Source of the DNA: Lama glama | Taxonomy: Eukaryota | Direction: 5' to 3' | Assembly (NCBI GenBank): GCA_028534125.1 | Contig: CM052816.1 | Location: 28,336,123-28,400,000 of the forward strand | DNA: 63,878 nt | Shown: positions 52,421 to 63,878 of the stretch, in pieces | Layout: the number at the start of each line of letters is the position of its first letter | How positions within the stretch are numbered: position 1 is the stretch's first letter | Made by a program: the position numbers and the translations under genes | The notes under the pieces: generated by a model | What the model saw: the letters and a program-made list of their open reading frames with translations, nothing else | Databases searched by the model: none | Told to the model about the DNA's origin: nothing

Positions 52421-55149
52421 ATAAATGAGACTATAGTGTGTATGTGTATGTGTGTGTGACTATGTGGTCTGTCTTAGTAGTTTCATTTTCATATATTAAA
52501 TGCTCGCCTAGAGAGCTTCCAAAACTGTTCACAAATGAGAAAATTATGTTGTTCTGTTTTAATTCTTAGCCTTTAACTCTACACCTGGATTTATCATCTT
52601 TTATATTTGAGGATGAAAATGATGTATTTAATGGACTCAATTATTTCCTCTTTGCAGATTTTAACTACTAAAATATTAAAACACATATTTTTACCTGTTA
52701 ATTACAGCTATTAGGCAAAATACAAACACTTTCCACCTCAGAATCAGAAATTTAAGGAGTATTTTTGACAACAGTGCTCCCAAGATCATTTCTTGATTTT
52801 GGGTGGAGTGCAGTCAAAGATACACACATGGGCTGGGAAAACAGCACAGAAGTGGAAGCATCACTGAAAAACACTGAGAATAGCTCCTAGAGGAACAAGG
52901 CAATAAAAAGGCCAATTATCTGGAAAGCCATTAGACAAGAGCCTATTCTTATGACCCAAACTCTGCATTTGGGATTCCAGAGTAATGCATTTGATCAAAC
53001 ATTATTTTAAGAGGCAGACAGATGGACGCTCAAATTGTCTGCTTTGGCTCTAAGTAGATGTCAGGTAGACTTTCAGGATAGGTAGATTTCTTACATGCCT
53101 TAATGTTCAAATGGATGACTAGCCAATGGTCATTAAACCAGCCATTTAGATTCATATTTTGTATAAATTGAATATTATTTTGCAGATTAAGTTAATTAAA
53201 AAACAAATCCCCAATTTTGAAAATTTAAAATTTGTTAATTTACGGAATTTTGGGGGGGGGGAAGGACACACATGCACATTGCTTCTATTTTATTGAATTT
53301 TATTTTTCCTTGCTAGAGCTTATTATTAATGCCATCACTCTGAACAGGAACAGAACGTATGTGCCCACAATTCATTCTCTTGCTTCTGGATGAGAGAAAC
53401 CACAGTGGAAAAATAAATCAATTCAAGACTAAAGAAAAATCAATAAACTAAGGTTCAGTCAGCACCTACCACAAAGATGATTTCTCCTTTTTTCAAAAAT
53501 CTATTTAATAAAGCTTAATTGTACCAATTTCTTTTTACTTTGTCCACATAGAAACTATTCAATAGTCTTTTTTCATCAGGATTATTCATACATTTGAACA
53601 TTATTCATCAATTTGTCCTTAACCTGCTCCTTCTTCAAATTAACTCTGGTGCAGTTATTTTTTGTATTGGTTTTATTATCTAACCCTTTAATCATCTCTG
53701 TATGTCTTGCCATATAATTAACAAGATCTGCAATGTTCTTCAGAGTAAGATTTTAACATATGAAGAATCCAAGAGTTCAAAAAACTAGCCAAAGGTAGAA
53801 AACATACAAACTGCTTCCATTATCTGTCATCTTGCCAATGGTTCCAGGACTATCTCCCAATTCTTAAAATGTAATCAATACCAGAATCACCTCCCATATC
53901 AATGTACTGTTCTCAGCACTCAGGACTAGGAACATTTCATTGCTGTTTACCAGCAGTGATGATAAAATTAAACCAAACGAACTTATTTCTTGCAGTCTCC
54001 TTTGAGGTCAGTAATAAGCTTTGCTGAGAGAGCTAGAAGGAACTATGGAACCAGAGACACTTGGATTTAACAATGTCTTTTTTTTTCTCATTAACCTCAT
54101 GGCTTTCTGCTGTTCATATCCTAGATAAAGCCCTACGCTGTACCCAGGAAAGCAGTCTTACTCAATACTTCCAAGCTCTCCAAACACAAAGAGCTGGAGG
54201 AAGTCCTGACCATTCCTGACCTAGCTGAGCACTGCCCTAACCAGCCTGACACCTAGACCACTCTGCAAAGAAAAAAAAGGGGACTAACTAGGATAGAAAG
54301 ACTGGCTTAGGAACGGCAGCCCTATTTACAAGGTCTGGAGGGAGAATGAGCACCAAGCAACATGGGTGAGTTCTTCAAGGTTGTTTCAACAAAGCAGCTT
54401 GATTGATCAGCCATTATCAATCCACTCTGGTGAAAGTGTCCATTCACATATAGTCCTGAATTGTTTACCCAAATCGATCAGACAGCCCTTCACTTGGAAC
54501 CTAAACTCTGGGCCTGACTCCCTACCTTCACTTTTTATTTTACCAATTGCCCTTCAGCCTTACCAGTGTGCAGACAAGCACCACAAACATTAGCCATGCA
54601 AAGAGGACTTTATTCACTGGGAAACACCACCCCCAACACCACTTATTGGATGCTTCTTACTGTGCCTTCCTACTTTGCCTTTTACAATAAATCATGTTTA
54701 GTTGTTTTTTTTAATAACAATATAATCTCTGCTTCAGTCTTACAGCAATATGGACAACCTGGGTGCCTTTTTACTCTTCCAAAGTGAGTACAATATGACT
54801 CATAATAGGGTAGCTCATAAGTAGCACTTAAACTGAATTTTTGGGTGTCTGGAGATGCTGGCAAATTTGAAAGTGATCATTTACTAGATGACAATCCCAG
54901 CCCAGCATCACTATTTCATAGCCAGATGGAATGTGGGCCATCATGATCACCGCATGTACTGGTCTTGTCTATGAGAAGCTGTCTAGCTTCTTCCTAACAT
55001 AAAAGTGAGCATAAAGGATATAAGCAGACTGTCTTTTCAATGACAATGCTTTGCGCTAAAATAAGTCATTTTCATGTCATTTGCAGTTTAACTTCTTAAA
55101 ACATGTATGTTTTTGCCATTTTAAATTTCTCTTTGCTTTCTTCTATTTT

Positions 55150-56405
55150 ACTAGCCCGACCTTTACGTACTTCTTTGTTGTTTCCTCCTCATCTCTATGA
55201 TTTCTAAATACTGGAGCACCCACCACTCCATCTTTGAACTTCTGTATTTGTACTCCTTCCCTAAATGATCTCATCTGGTCCCTTGGATTTACTCATAAAC
55301 TATATTATGATGGGATGAATCACAAATATATTTCCCTATTCTATATCTTGGAATTCTACCTGCCTCTCTTGACATGTCCACATAGATATCTACTATGCAT
55401 CTTAGCCCTACCATATCCAAAACTAAATCCTGACTCTCCCTCTCAAACCTGCTGTTCTCCGTCAGTCTGTCTCATTTGAATAAAAAGCAACTTCATTCCT
55501 CTACTTGCTCAGAATGCAAAAGAAAAAAGAAAAAAAAATACTTGGAGTTAATTTTGACACCTCTGTTTCTCTCATAACCTATAATCTAGCAATCTATAAG
55601 CAAATGTTGATGGCTAAACTATCAAAATAAATCCCAACAGTGAATATCTCTCACCATCTTCACTATGATTCACCTTGATCCAGGACAATATATTCTCTCT
55701 TCAGGATGATTCCAGTAGTCTACTAAAATGTCTCTTGACTTCATACCCTGTCCTAAGTCTCTTCTACATGAAGAGTAATATTTTTTGAAGATAAATCATC
55801 TTGCTCCTTAGATCTTGCCACTTGTCAGAGACAATCTCCTTAATAACTTCTCATTTTTTTCAGAGTAAAATCCAAAGCCCTAAACTCACTAAAAGATTCT
55901 GCAAAATCTGACACCATCCCTACCTTAAACTTCGTCTCCCATTACTCTTCCATCGCTCACCCTACTCTAACCTAAATGACTTTCCCTCAGACACTCTTAA
56001 GCGTGTTCCTCACCCAGGGCCTTCATTCACAGTCTCTCCGTTCCTGAAATCCTCTTCTCACAAATTTCACAAGTCTGGCTCCCAAAGTTTCTCTGGGTCT
56101 CTAGTCAAATGTTACCTTATCAAAGAAGTCTTACCCAACTGCTCTAAATAAAACAGCATTTTTACAATCGTGACTTTCCCAAACTCCATCACTTCCAATT
56201 TCTCTTTCCCTGTATTTTTCTTTGATTGTTTTTATTAACATCAGACATTTTCAATGTTTGATGTTAAATTTGTATGTACTTGTCATAATACCTACTCTCA
56301 TTAGAATGCAAGCTGGTTTTTTTTTTTTCTGTGTATTATTTTATCCCAGTTCTTAGAATGGTAGCTTACCCTAGTAGACACTGATTAAGTATTTATTGAA
56401 TCCAT
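55150..56405 (+). mobile_element. L2 (L2a-like) 3' region
   Basis: tgatctcatctggtccc..ctcaaacctgctgttctcc..cagagtaaaatccaaagcc..tcaaatgttacctt..attagaatgcaagct..aagtatttattgaat. Confidence 0.8.
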
Positions 56406-56719
56406 TTTAGGAATGGTAGCATGGATTCTTGGAATTCTAACAGATTTGTTTCTTGTAAAATTAATATACTTCTAAAGTAATTAAACACTGTATGCTTGCA
56501 AATGATTCTTCCCCATTTAATTAGTAGAATTATATAAACATTTGGTTATTGTGTCTTTGTCACTCCCAGTAAACATTGTTATTTAAGCCATTAAGATGAA
56601 CAGAACAGAACACAGATCATCAAATATATTTTTTCCTCAAATAAAACACAGGAATTAAAACAAAACAAGGTTAATGGCCAAGTTACTCATCTTAGGGTAA
56701 GACGTCATAAATTCACTCA

Positions 56720-56830
56720 TAAAAATAAATGAATATATGTATGTATATGTGTTACTGAAATATTATTCTATATACCAGAAGTTGACACACTATGAACTGA
56801 TTAAAAAAATTTTTTTATTGAAGTATAATC
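56720..56830 (+). mobile_element. Short L1 3' tail with an inverted terminal segment
   Basis: atgaatatatgtatgtatatgtgttactgaaatattattctatataccagaagttgacaca..aactgat, then the reverse-complement tail ttttttattgaagtataatc. Confidence 0.75.
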
Positions 56831-58783
56831 TATTGAGTTGAGTACTACTGTAACTGGATGAAAACACAAACAAAACAAAGTATCAACAACAAAATCATCA
56901 CTCCCAGTTCCACAACTTCTGAGGCGCTTTTATAAACAAATGGAAGATAAATATTTCTACTGGGATCCTATCAGGTGCCTCAAAATTTTACTGGGTAAAC
57001 AAGCACTGTCAACTTCTAAATTTTAGGAGGAATCTTAGTGCAGATGGGTCTTTACTGAAGGAAACATTTCAAAAAGAGGTCTTAACGGTCAACTGCTCTA
57101 TGTAAATAAATGCCAGTAATTGGGAGTTTAAGGCAGCTAGAAGGGAAAAATACTAGCCCTAAAGCAGGATTGGCTGAGGAGAATGGCTGTAATTTAGATA
57201 AGGATGGAAGAAGAGGGGTGGATGTAACCAAAGAGAAATACCCATCGTGCAATTCAAAATGTGAAATTTTAGTTAAGTATTATTTAATGTACATTAAAAT
57301 GAGTGCTGGCATTTGAGTTAGACTATGAGCCTCTACTATTCCTCCTTAGTTTCAGTAAAATACGCTAAACTTTGAAAAGTATTGTGTTGTTTGTGCTCTG
57401 GCAAGAAGAGGGTAAGTGTGGTGTTCAGCATGAAGAGGAACACCAGGATCAGTGGCCAAGATGCACTATCAACAGATCAGCGGAAATGGGCAAGTGGACC
57501 AGCCAGGAACGGGGAGAAACAGACACTCCACAGAGACTTTGGGAAGAAGCTGGCTTATCCCATAGTGTGTGGCAGGCAAGAGTGAGGTTATTCAGGGTGA
57601 AGAAATAGAAATTTAGAGGATTTGGGAACTCCCAAGCAACACAAATTTGGCTTGTACAGAAAACAGGCATATACATCTAGTCCTCTAGTTATGCCAATAA
57701 GAAAACAGCAAGAAACAACAGTCTGCATTAGCTTATAACTCACAAAACTTCTTTTACTGAAATGCACAGTCCTTCCTTGCTAAGCTCTTGGCTTTCATTT
57801 AATCTCTTGACACTTTGTCTTCCTCTTTCCACGAATTATACAGCTCTGTTTTTCAGTTTTGCCCTGACTTCCAGGAAGCTCCCAGTTAAATTTTATGCTG
57901 AAATAATGAAAATGTGGGACTTAATATCCACTCATTATCTGTTAATTGAGTAAAGGAGAATAGTCAGTAGCAGGACATTAAATCGCATCTATCCTAATTT
58001 CAAGGATCATGGCTCTGCAGGAAAAAGTACTGATGGCTTAAATTTTTGAATTATGTGAAACTCTCAGGGAAGCTGAAATTTCCCTCAATTTGGGGTAACT
58101 TGCCTCCAGAAGAGACTGAGAGGGCATACCTTAGGGTGCCCTTCGGTAATTTAATATCTAGGTTATCTCAGCCAGTATCTCCAGCAGGTAATGTTGATGG
58201 ATCTTTTCGGCTCAGAAAGTTTTAAATCTAAAAGAGCCTCCCCTCAACAAAAGGAGGCAAATCTTGACTGAAAGCAGCCCCTTTCTGTTTCTTTCTCTTG
58301 CTTTTTTGCTTTGCTGTACTTATTCTAATTCTCAGTAAAATTGCATTATTTCACTCAAGAAAGCATTTGAGTGTCCCCAGTTTATATCGCACATGCTGGA
58401 GAAAATAGAAATGCAAAGGAAAATCAATTGGCAAAGGCCATTTCCTCTTCCAGGCTCCCTCTTCCTCTCCTCTCAAATGGCCTTCTGCTTTGATGCAGGA
58501 GTTTAGAATTTTCTTTTACCTTTTTCTTTTTGGTGGAGGAAGGCTGCTTAGCTTGGATTTTTATCTGAGGAAACTGGATGGTTTTAATTTCTCAACCATC
58601 TGTTAATTGCTTATGATAATTTTATTACCTGCGTTATGTCTGTCATCATTATTTGGAAGAACATTAATATAGAATCTTAATATTTTAAATGTACAAATGG
58701 AATCTTCTGGCATTTGAAATTCAAAGAGATGTGTATTTTCATTTAAAAGAATTATTAAGCTACCTAAGTGAATGTATTACTTT

Positions 58784-59191
58784 TGTAAAAACAAACAGCC
58801 TTCCTGGACTCAACACTGTAAACTGACTATAACTCAATTAAAAAAAAAAAACAGCCTCCATTAAATAGAGAAATCTCAATTAGAGAGAGCTTGGAGAACA
58901 AAAGGGGGAGCTGTCAAGCCCTGAAAGGACAGCAGAGGCCAAAAGAAGAAAAGACAGACTCCTCTTATTTTCTGGCAAGGACTTGACCAACAAAAAGCCA
59001 TGGACTCTTTGTTTAGGACAGACCTCTCAACTTTCCTTTTCTCTCCATAAAAGCATTCTTCCCTTGCCATGGAGAGACCTGCACATGTTCTGCCATGGTT
59101 GCAGACCCCAAGTTGCAATTCTCTGCTGAACCCAAATAAACCTATCTTTGCCAGAGAAATAACTGGCAATCTACTAGTTTCAGGTCAGCTG
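58784..59191 (+). mobile_element. ERV1-class solo LTR carrying a tiny L1 tail insertion
   Basis: tgtaaaaac..ccataaaagc (TATA-like)..ttgcagacccc..aaataaacc..tttcaggtca; cttt on both flanks. Confidence 0.7.
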
Positions 59192-59699
59192 CTTTTCCTC
59201 CATTAATTACTACGCATATTCTCCTGCTGAAAATGATGCTTTCTAAGGGAGGCAATTTTGTGTTTTAAGTAGTGATCATAAATTGTCACATGGAAGAACA
59301 CAGCTCCCATTTTATAACTGAGTAACTGTTTTATCTCAAAAGTACGATTTCATTCCAGAAAATTTTAATGGCATCCTTAAAAGGAAGCTGCAGCATTAAC
59401 TGAAACCACACAGCAAGTACCATTTAACAAACACAGTAGTTTTCAATGTTTTGTAAGCATAATTAAGAAGCATGTTTTGCTTTTTTGAAATATATTTTTC
59501 TATCCTCACATTTCCTAAACTAATTCCTACATCTGCACTTCTGGAAAATAATTACTACACCAAATTGCACATTTCTAGTGAAAGCTCCTACTACCTCCCA
59601 AATCTAGGTTTTACTCTCTTCTAAGTTTCACTCCCTGTTAATCAAGTAGAATTTCCTAATACGAAAAAGAGACTTTTCATACTCCACTACCATTAATAC

Positions 59700-60230
59700 C
59701 AAGTGTAATAATAAAATTTAAAAACCTGTAACATTTCTAAATGCTATGACATTGGCCATGTGTATTCATAAAAAAAAATCTCAATTTCCACTTTAGAGGG
59801 TGCAAATGTGCACAGGAAACCGTCTACACTGGTGTTGCATGCAGAACTGATTGTAAGAAGAAAAAATAAATAACCTAAACATCCAAACACAAAGAAACGA
59901 GTAATTAAATTCTATAGGGGGTTACCTGAGATATAAGTAGCAATGTGGGAAGAGCTTCAAGATACATTCTCAAGTAGAACAAATTCAGGTTGTAGAATAT
60001 TATGTAAATTACGATGCCATTCAGATAAAGCACACACATACCATAGCCACATACACACCAATACTGTATTTTTCTATTGGTATGTGTATCTGTGTCAGGG
60101 GTTAGAGTGGCTCCTTCTGGAGAATGGGTGGAGTAGGCAAATGGTGGTTAAGTGGGTAAATATGTATTATTTTTATTTTTATGATAATGGTGAATTAGAC
60201 ATATATTTTAAAACAAAGGGAAAACTTTAA
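59700..60230 (+). mobile_element. L1ME-type 3' fragment
   Basis: ctcaatttccactttagagggtgc..tgcagaactgattgtaaga..aacctaaacatcca. Confidence 0.5.
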
Positions 60231-61629
60231 TATAAGATATGGTCCACTTTTTCATTTCACGCCCAAGCTCATTTCCCTCAGTTTCTATGTATTCAAAATC
60301 AAAGTGTTAAGAATGTTCCTTTAGATCACAGTAAAAATATTGCATATTTTCTTTTGCTAATCTTCCCAAGGAATTGTTTTCAATAACACTGTATGTTTTT
60401 CACTTTTGTAGTCTCTCATTTTGTTTTATAAAAGAAAGATTATATTTTATTTGCATTCAATATAGAAACAAAAAATTGTTCAGAAAAATATATCAGGTTA
60501 GCAAACTGCTGAGTCAATCTTCCCATTAGATAATAAAGAATGAGTATTTCTGAAATGGTTACATATTTCCCCGGAGAAATTGAAGGTAGCTTAGCATATG
60601 TCTCCATGCTGAAAAAGCTCACAGTGGTTGGTTAAACTGTCATTCATGGATTAGTTTTATTTTATGATTAAAAAGACTGAAGTAACTTGAAAAGTGTATG
60701 ACAATCTTCTCTCTGATAGATCACACAGCATACCATAATGTGCTCTATTTTTTTTTTACCTCTAAATCTCAAATAATCTCAAATATGTTTAGCTGTTATT
60801 TTATGCATTTGTAATCGGCACAGGACCAAAGAAAGTCTCTGACTGTGGTTAGGAAAGTGCACACAATTGTGGGGACCTGTATTTTCTGTGGAAACCCTTA
60901 AGTCTACCTCCTTACATATATACTTTTTAATTTTATGGTCTATTGGTTTTCTCTATCAAAGCCTCTGGAATACCTGGATCTTGTCACTACACTCAATGAA
61001 CAAACCACTTTTTAGCTATGTTCAAACTGAAAAAAAAAAGGAAAAAATGCTTTCTTACTATCAGCATAAAATGAGCCCCCAAACCTAGGTACTTATGGAG
61101 TAAAAAGATGTTAGGACAATTCCAATACTCCTTTCCCCCCAAAACAATTGATAAAGACTCCACTGAGGTGTACACAAATGAGTTATTGATAAACTGTATT
61201 TACCAACACATTAGAATATCACAATGATGAAGTGTAAAACCCCACAGAATCAAAATGATCCATGAAAATCCCTTATATCACCTATAAATGCACACACAGT
61301 TCCTTCTGGACCAGAATCACAGTCAGTGTGACGAGATATTCTCAACAGGAGACACACAGGTTTTCCATATCATTACCAATCTTGGGTATATCTTCATAGA
61401 AAGGGATAGACAGGAGTAGAGTAGAATCTATGAAAATTAAATGTTCACATGATTTTGACTCCACTGGGTTATTTTGCTCCAGAAAATATGACTTGAAAAT
61501 TTTATTCCCTAAGGTTTGCATATAATTTAGTGTCTAAAATCTCCAATACTTAACCCAGGGCATGATGAATTGGTGCTATGTTTAAAGTCTTGTGGCAGAA
61601 TTAGATAGCTGTATACACCATCACTGATT

Positions 61630-62010
61630 CTCCACAGCCTCTTTAGTGTAGGAATATCAAGTTTATCTACGGTGGCAACGTGCCCAAATGTCTACATTCC
61701 TTAGTCCTCCTTATGCTGGTGTGGCCAGTTTGAACAACAAACATACCAAAATATTGTGTTAACATCCTTCAGTAAGTTTCCTTAAAAAATAAAAAAAAAA
61801 TGAGCTTTCTTTCTTTCTTAATCATGCTGCTTGGAATATGCATGTCATGTCAGGAGTTCTGGTAACTGTTTTGCACCATAAGGATGTCAGAGCAAAGAAC
61901 TGGAAGAAGCCTGGATCCCTGATGATTTTAGGGAGTTGCCATGTCAGTTCTGAACAGCCTCCTATTTGTTAATGTGAGTTTTCTGACACATACATACAGG
62001 CAAACCTAGT
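61630..62010 (+). mobile_element. Old ERVL LTR (LTR16/33-like)
   Basis: gctgcttggaatatgcatgtcatgtcaggagttctgg..agagcaaagaactggaagaagcctggatccctgatgat. Confidence 0.55.
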
Positions 62011-62599
62011 TTTACATGAACTGGTTCCAACATATTTTTAAATGTTTGCTGTTAGTCTATCTGAAGTTGCTGAAGTCTTTATGAATTCACAGATGCTCCT
62101 TGAAGCATTTTTTTTACATCTTCATTGAGAAGTATATTATATATAAACAAAAAACGTTCCCAGAGCCATTCTTAATTTTTAATTCTGCTTTCTTTGAGAT
62201 TCATTTTGACCCTCTTTTTCTTATGTTTTGCATTCAGACATATGTTAACCTATCATTTTATTGTGTAACTGTCTGCATTACTTTGTTTGGGTGCAGAAGT
62301 AAATCCTCTGTGGGGCCAGGAAGGAGTGGGGTCAGTCTGATCCTAGCCTTTTCAAGAATTAAATTCACATTTGTTATAGGTGTTTTCAGGTGTTCTGACA
62401 TCTTGTTTTCTTTCCTTTTTTTCTTTTTTTTTTTTAACTGCTTTGTATATGATTTTGCCCCATTACCAACTAGTTACCTTTCAGATCTCAGCCCAAAGCT
62501 TACTTCCTTCAGAGTTTGGTCCACTGGACATATGGTCCGGGCATACCATATACCTCTCTACGTAAAACTTCATATAGTTGTAATTTTTTGTTAACTAGT

Positions 62600-62740
62600 G
62601 AAATTACACGATTAATGTATTTCTCTCTAACTAGGTTTTCAACTCTATCAAAACAGGACCTGTGTCTTTTCTCCCAAACTGTTTCTTCCTAGCACCCAGC
62701 ACAGTCCATGTTTCAGACTGGCCAGTAAATAAAGAGAATT
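62600..62740 (+). mobile_element. L2 3' end
   Basis: caggacctgtgtctttt..cctagcacccagcacagt. Confidence 0.55.
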
Positions 62741-63671
62741 ATCTTACGTAGGTACACCTGATAATTATGTGAATTGGGGCCAGTAAGGAGAGATGCGGAG
62801 TTGCATATAAATATAACACACCTGTACTCTAAAAGTAGTGGTCAGGAAGATTTCCTACATTGGCGTTCTCACTTCTCAAAATCTGCATAAGTAGGACTTC
62901 TTAGTGGGAACTGAGGATTGTTCAATAGATTCTATGAAAACTAATATTGAATTCTAAGTGCAAGTTTCAAGTGTGAAGAAGATGAAAGATTCAGTGATTG
63001 ACAACTGAAATAACTTAGAAAGTAAATATAAAGTTGAAAAGTATAAATAAACTAAATCCAAGGAAAATTTAGACTTCATTTTCCGCTCTGTGTCCCATCT
63101 TCCCTAGTCTAGCTCCAATTCCCTTTATAAATTACTACCAGAGTTATCCTGCTGATAATGCCACATCTTTGCAAAATCTTTTAGGGGCTCTCCATAGACG
63201 ACAGCATATACAGCACTGCTTATCACTGCGTATACCCATAAAATGAAAACTATTTTTTTTATCATTTATTGTTGATGGATTTTGTTATTTAGGGAACAGC
63301 TGACTTCCCTATTTACAATTTTAAGTAAGTCACAGCTTGAAGCAATCAGCATGGATTTTTAAAAGAATTTAAATGAGTCCAGGTTTCCATACTTCAATAC
63401 CTAACATCCCACAGGAACTGACAACTTGATTCCTAGCTGGATTATTTTTGTATACAGTGTCTTAATTTTCAGGGGTTGAAATCATGTGTGACAAACTAAT
63501 TTTTTTAATTATGTTATAGGATACCCTAAGTACTACCAAGAGAGATTGCGAAGAGTAAATCAATTTAAGTGTGAAGAACAATAATAACAGGAATTTGGTT
63601 TCGGATCATACTTTGGAAACAAACCTAAAGACCGATTCTTTTCGTTGTTAAACATAATCTGTTTGTGACTG

Positions 63672-63878
63672 TGGGGGGTTCCAGTACAAGACAGTGACGT
63701 TAAGAAGATTCTAGACTCAGCTCCTTCCACAAACACGCTGAATCTGTAACCACATACTCAACAACTTTCTCTGAAGAAAACCTAAAACCTGAGCAACTCG
63801 TTTGCACCAGGCTAATGAGAGAAAGCCGGCAAAGAAGCCTGAGAGAAGTTGGGACGCAATCTAAACGTAAACCCCACC
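63672..63878 (+). mobile_element. 5' UTR start of an L1 (L1M2-like), continuing past the window end
   Basis: ggttccagtacaagacagtgacgttaagaagattctagactcagctccttccacaaacacgctgaatct..ctctgaagaaaacct..taaaccccacc resembles the L1M2 5' end. Confidence 0.65.

Noticed and set aside
57372..57676. Purine-rich block with three overlapping ORFs
   Set aside because: No homology recognised, no good splice-site pair; more likely non-coding
62100..62594. Longest ORF (164 aa, hydrophobic)
   Set aside because: TTG start, Phe-rich because of T-runs, no recognisable domain; typical of T-rich or antisense-repeat DNA
1..63878. CRISPR arrays, tRNA/rRNA/snRNA genes, NUMTs, CpG islands
   Set aside because: None recognised by eye; the sequence is CpG-depleted mammalian DNA

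Overview
AT-rich, CpG-poor mammalian genomic DNA, intergenic or deep-intronic. It is probably camelid, judging from the young L1 3' ends and the lack of recognisable Alu, Bov-tA, PRE-1 or Can-SINE elements. No intact protein-coding gene is evident, and nearly all listed ORFs are spurious. Much of the window is transposon debris: L1 of several ages (some 5'-inverted), L2, MIR, MaLR/ERVL/ERV1 LTRs, and MER20, MER63 and Tigger2-type DNA transposons. Three coding fossils are recognisable by manual translation, all on the minus strand. (1) A near full-length RPL32 processed pseudogene (~40.6-41.1 kb) nested in an old L1. (2) An ERVL-type gag remnant (~42.3-43.5 kb). (3) Most interesting, a heavily decayed, LTR-less Ty3/Gypsy (sushi-ichi / PEG10-RTL-like) gag-protease-RT-RNase H relic at ~22.8-24.1 kb, with collinear motifs that the ORF track does not reveal. 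A few minus-strand exon-like segments may belong to an unidentified spliced transcript. All family assignments and alignments were made by eye from remembered sequences, and repeat boundaries are approximate.
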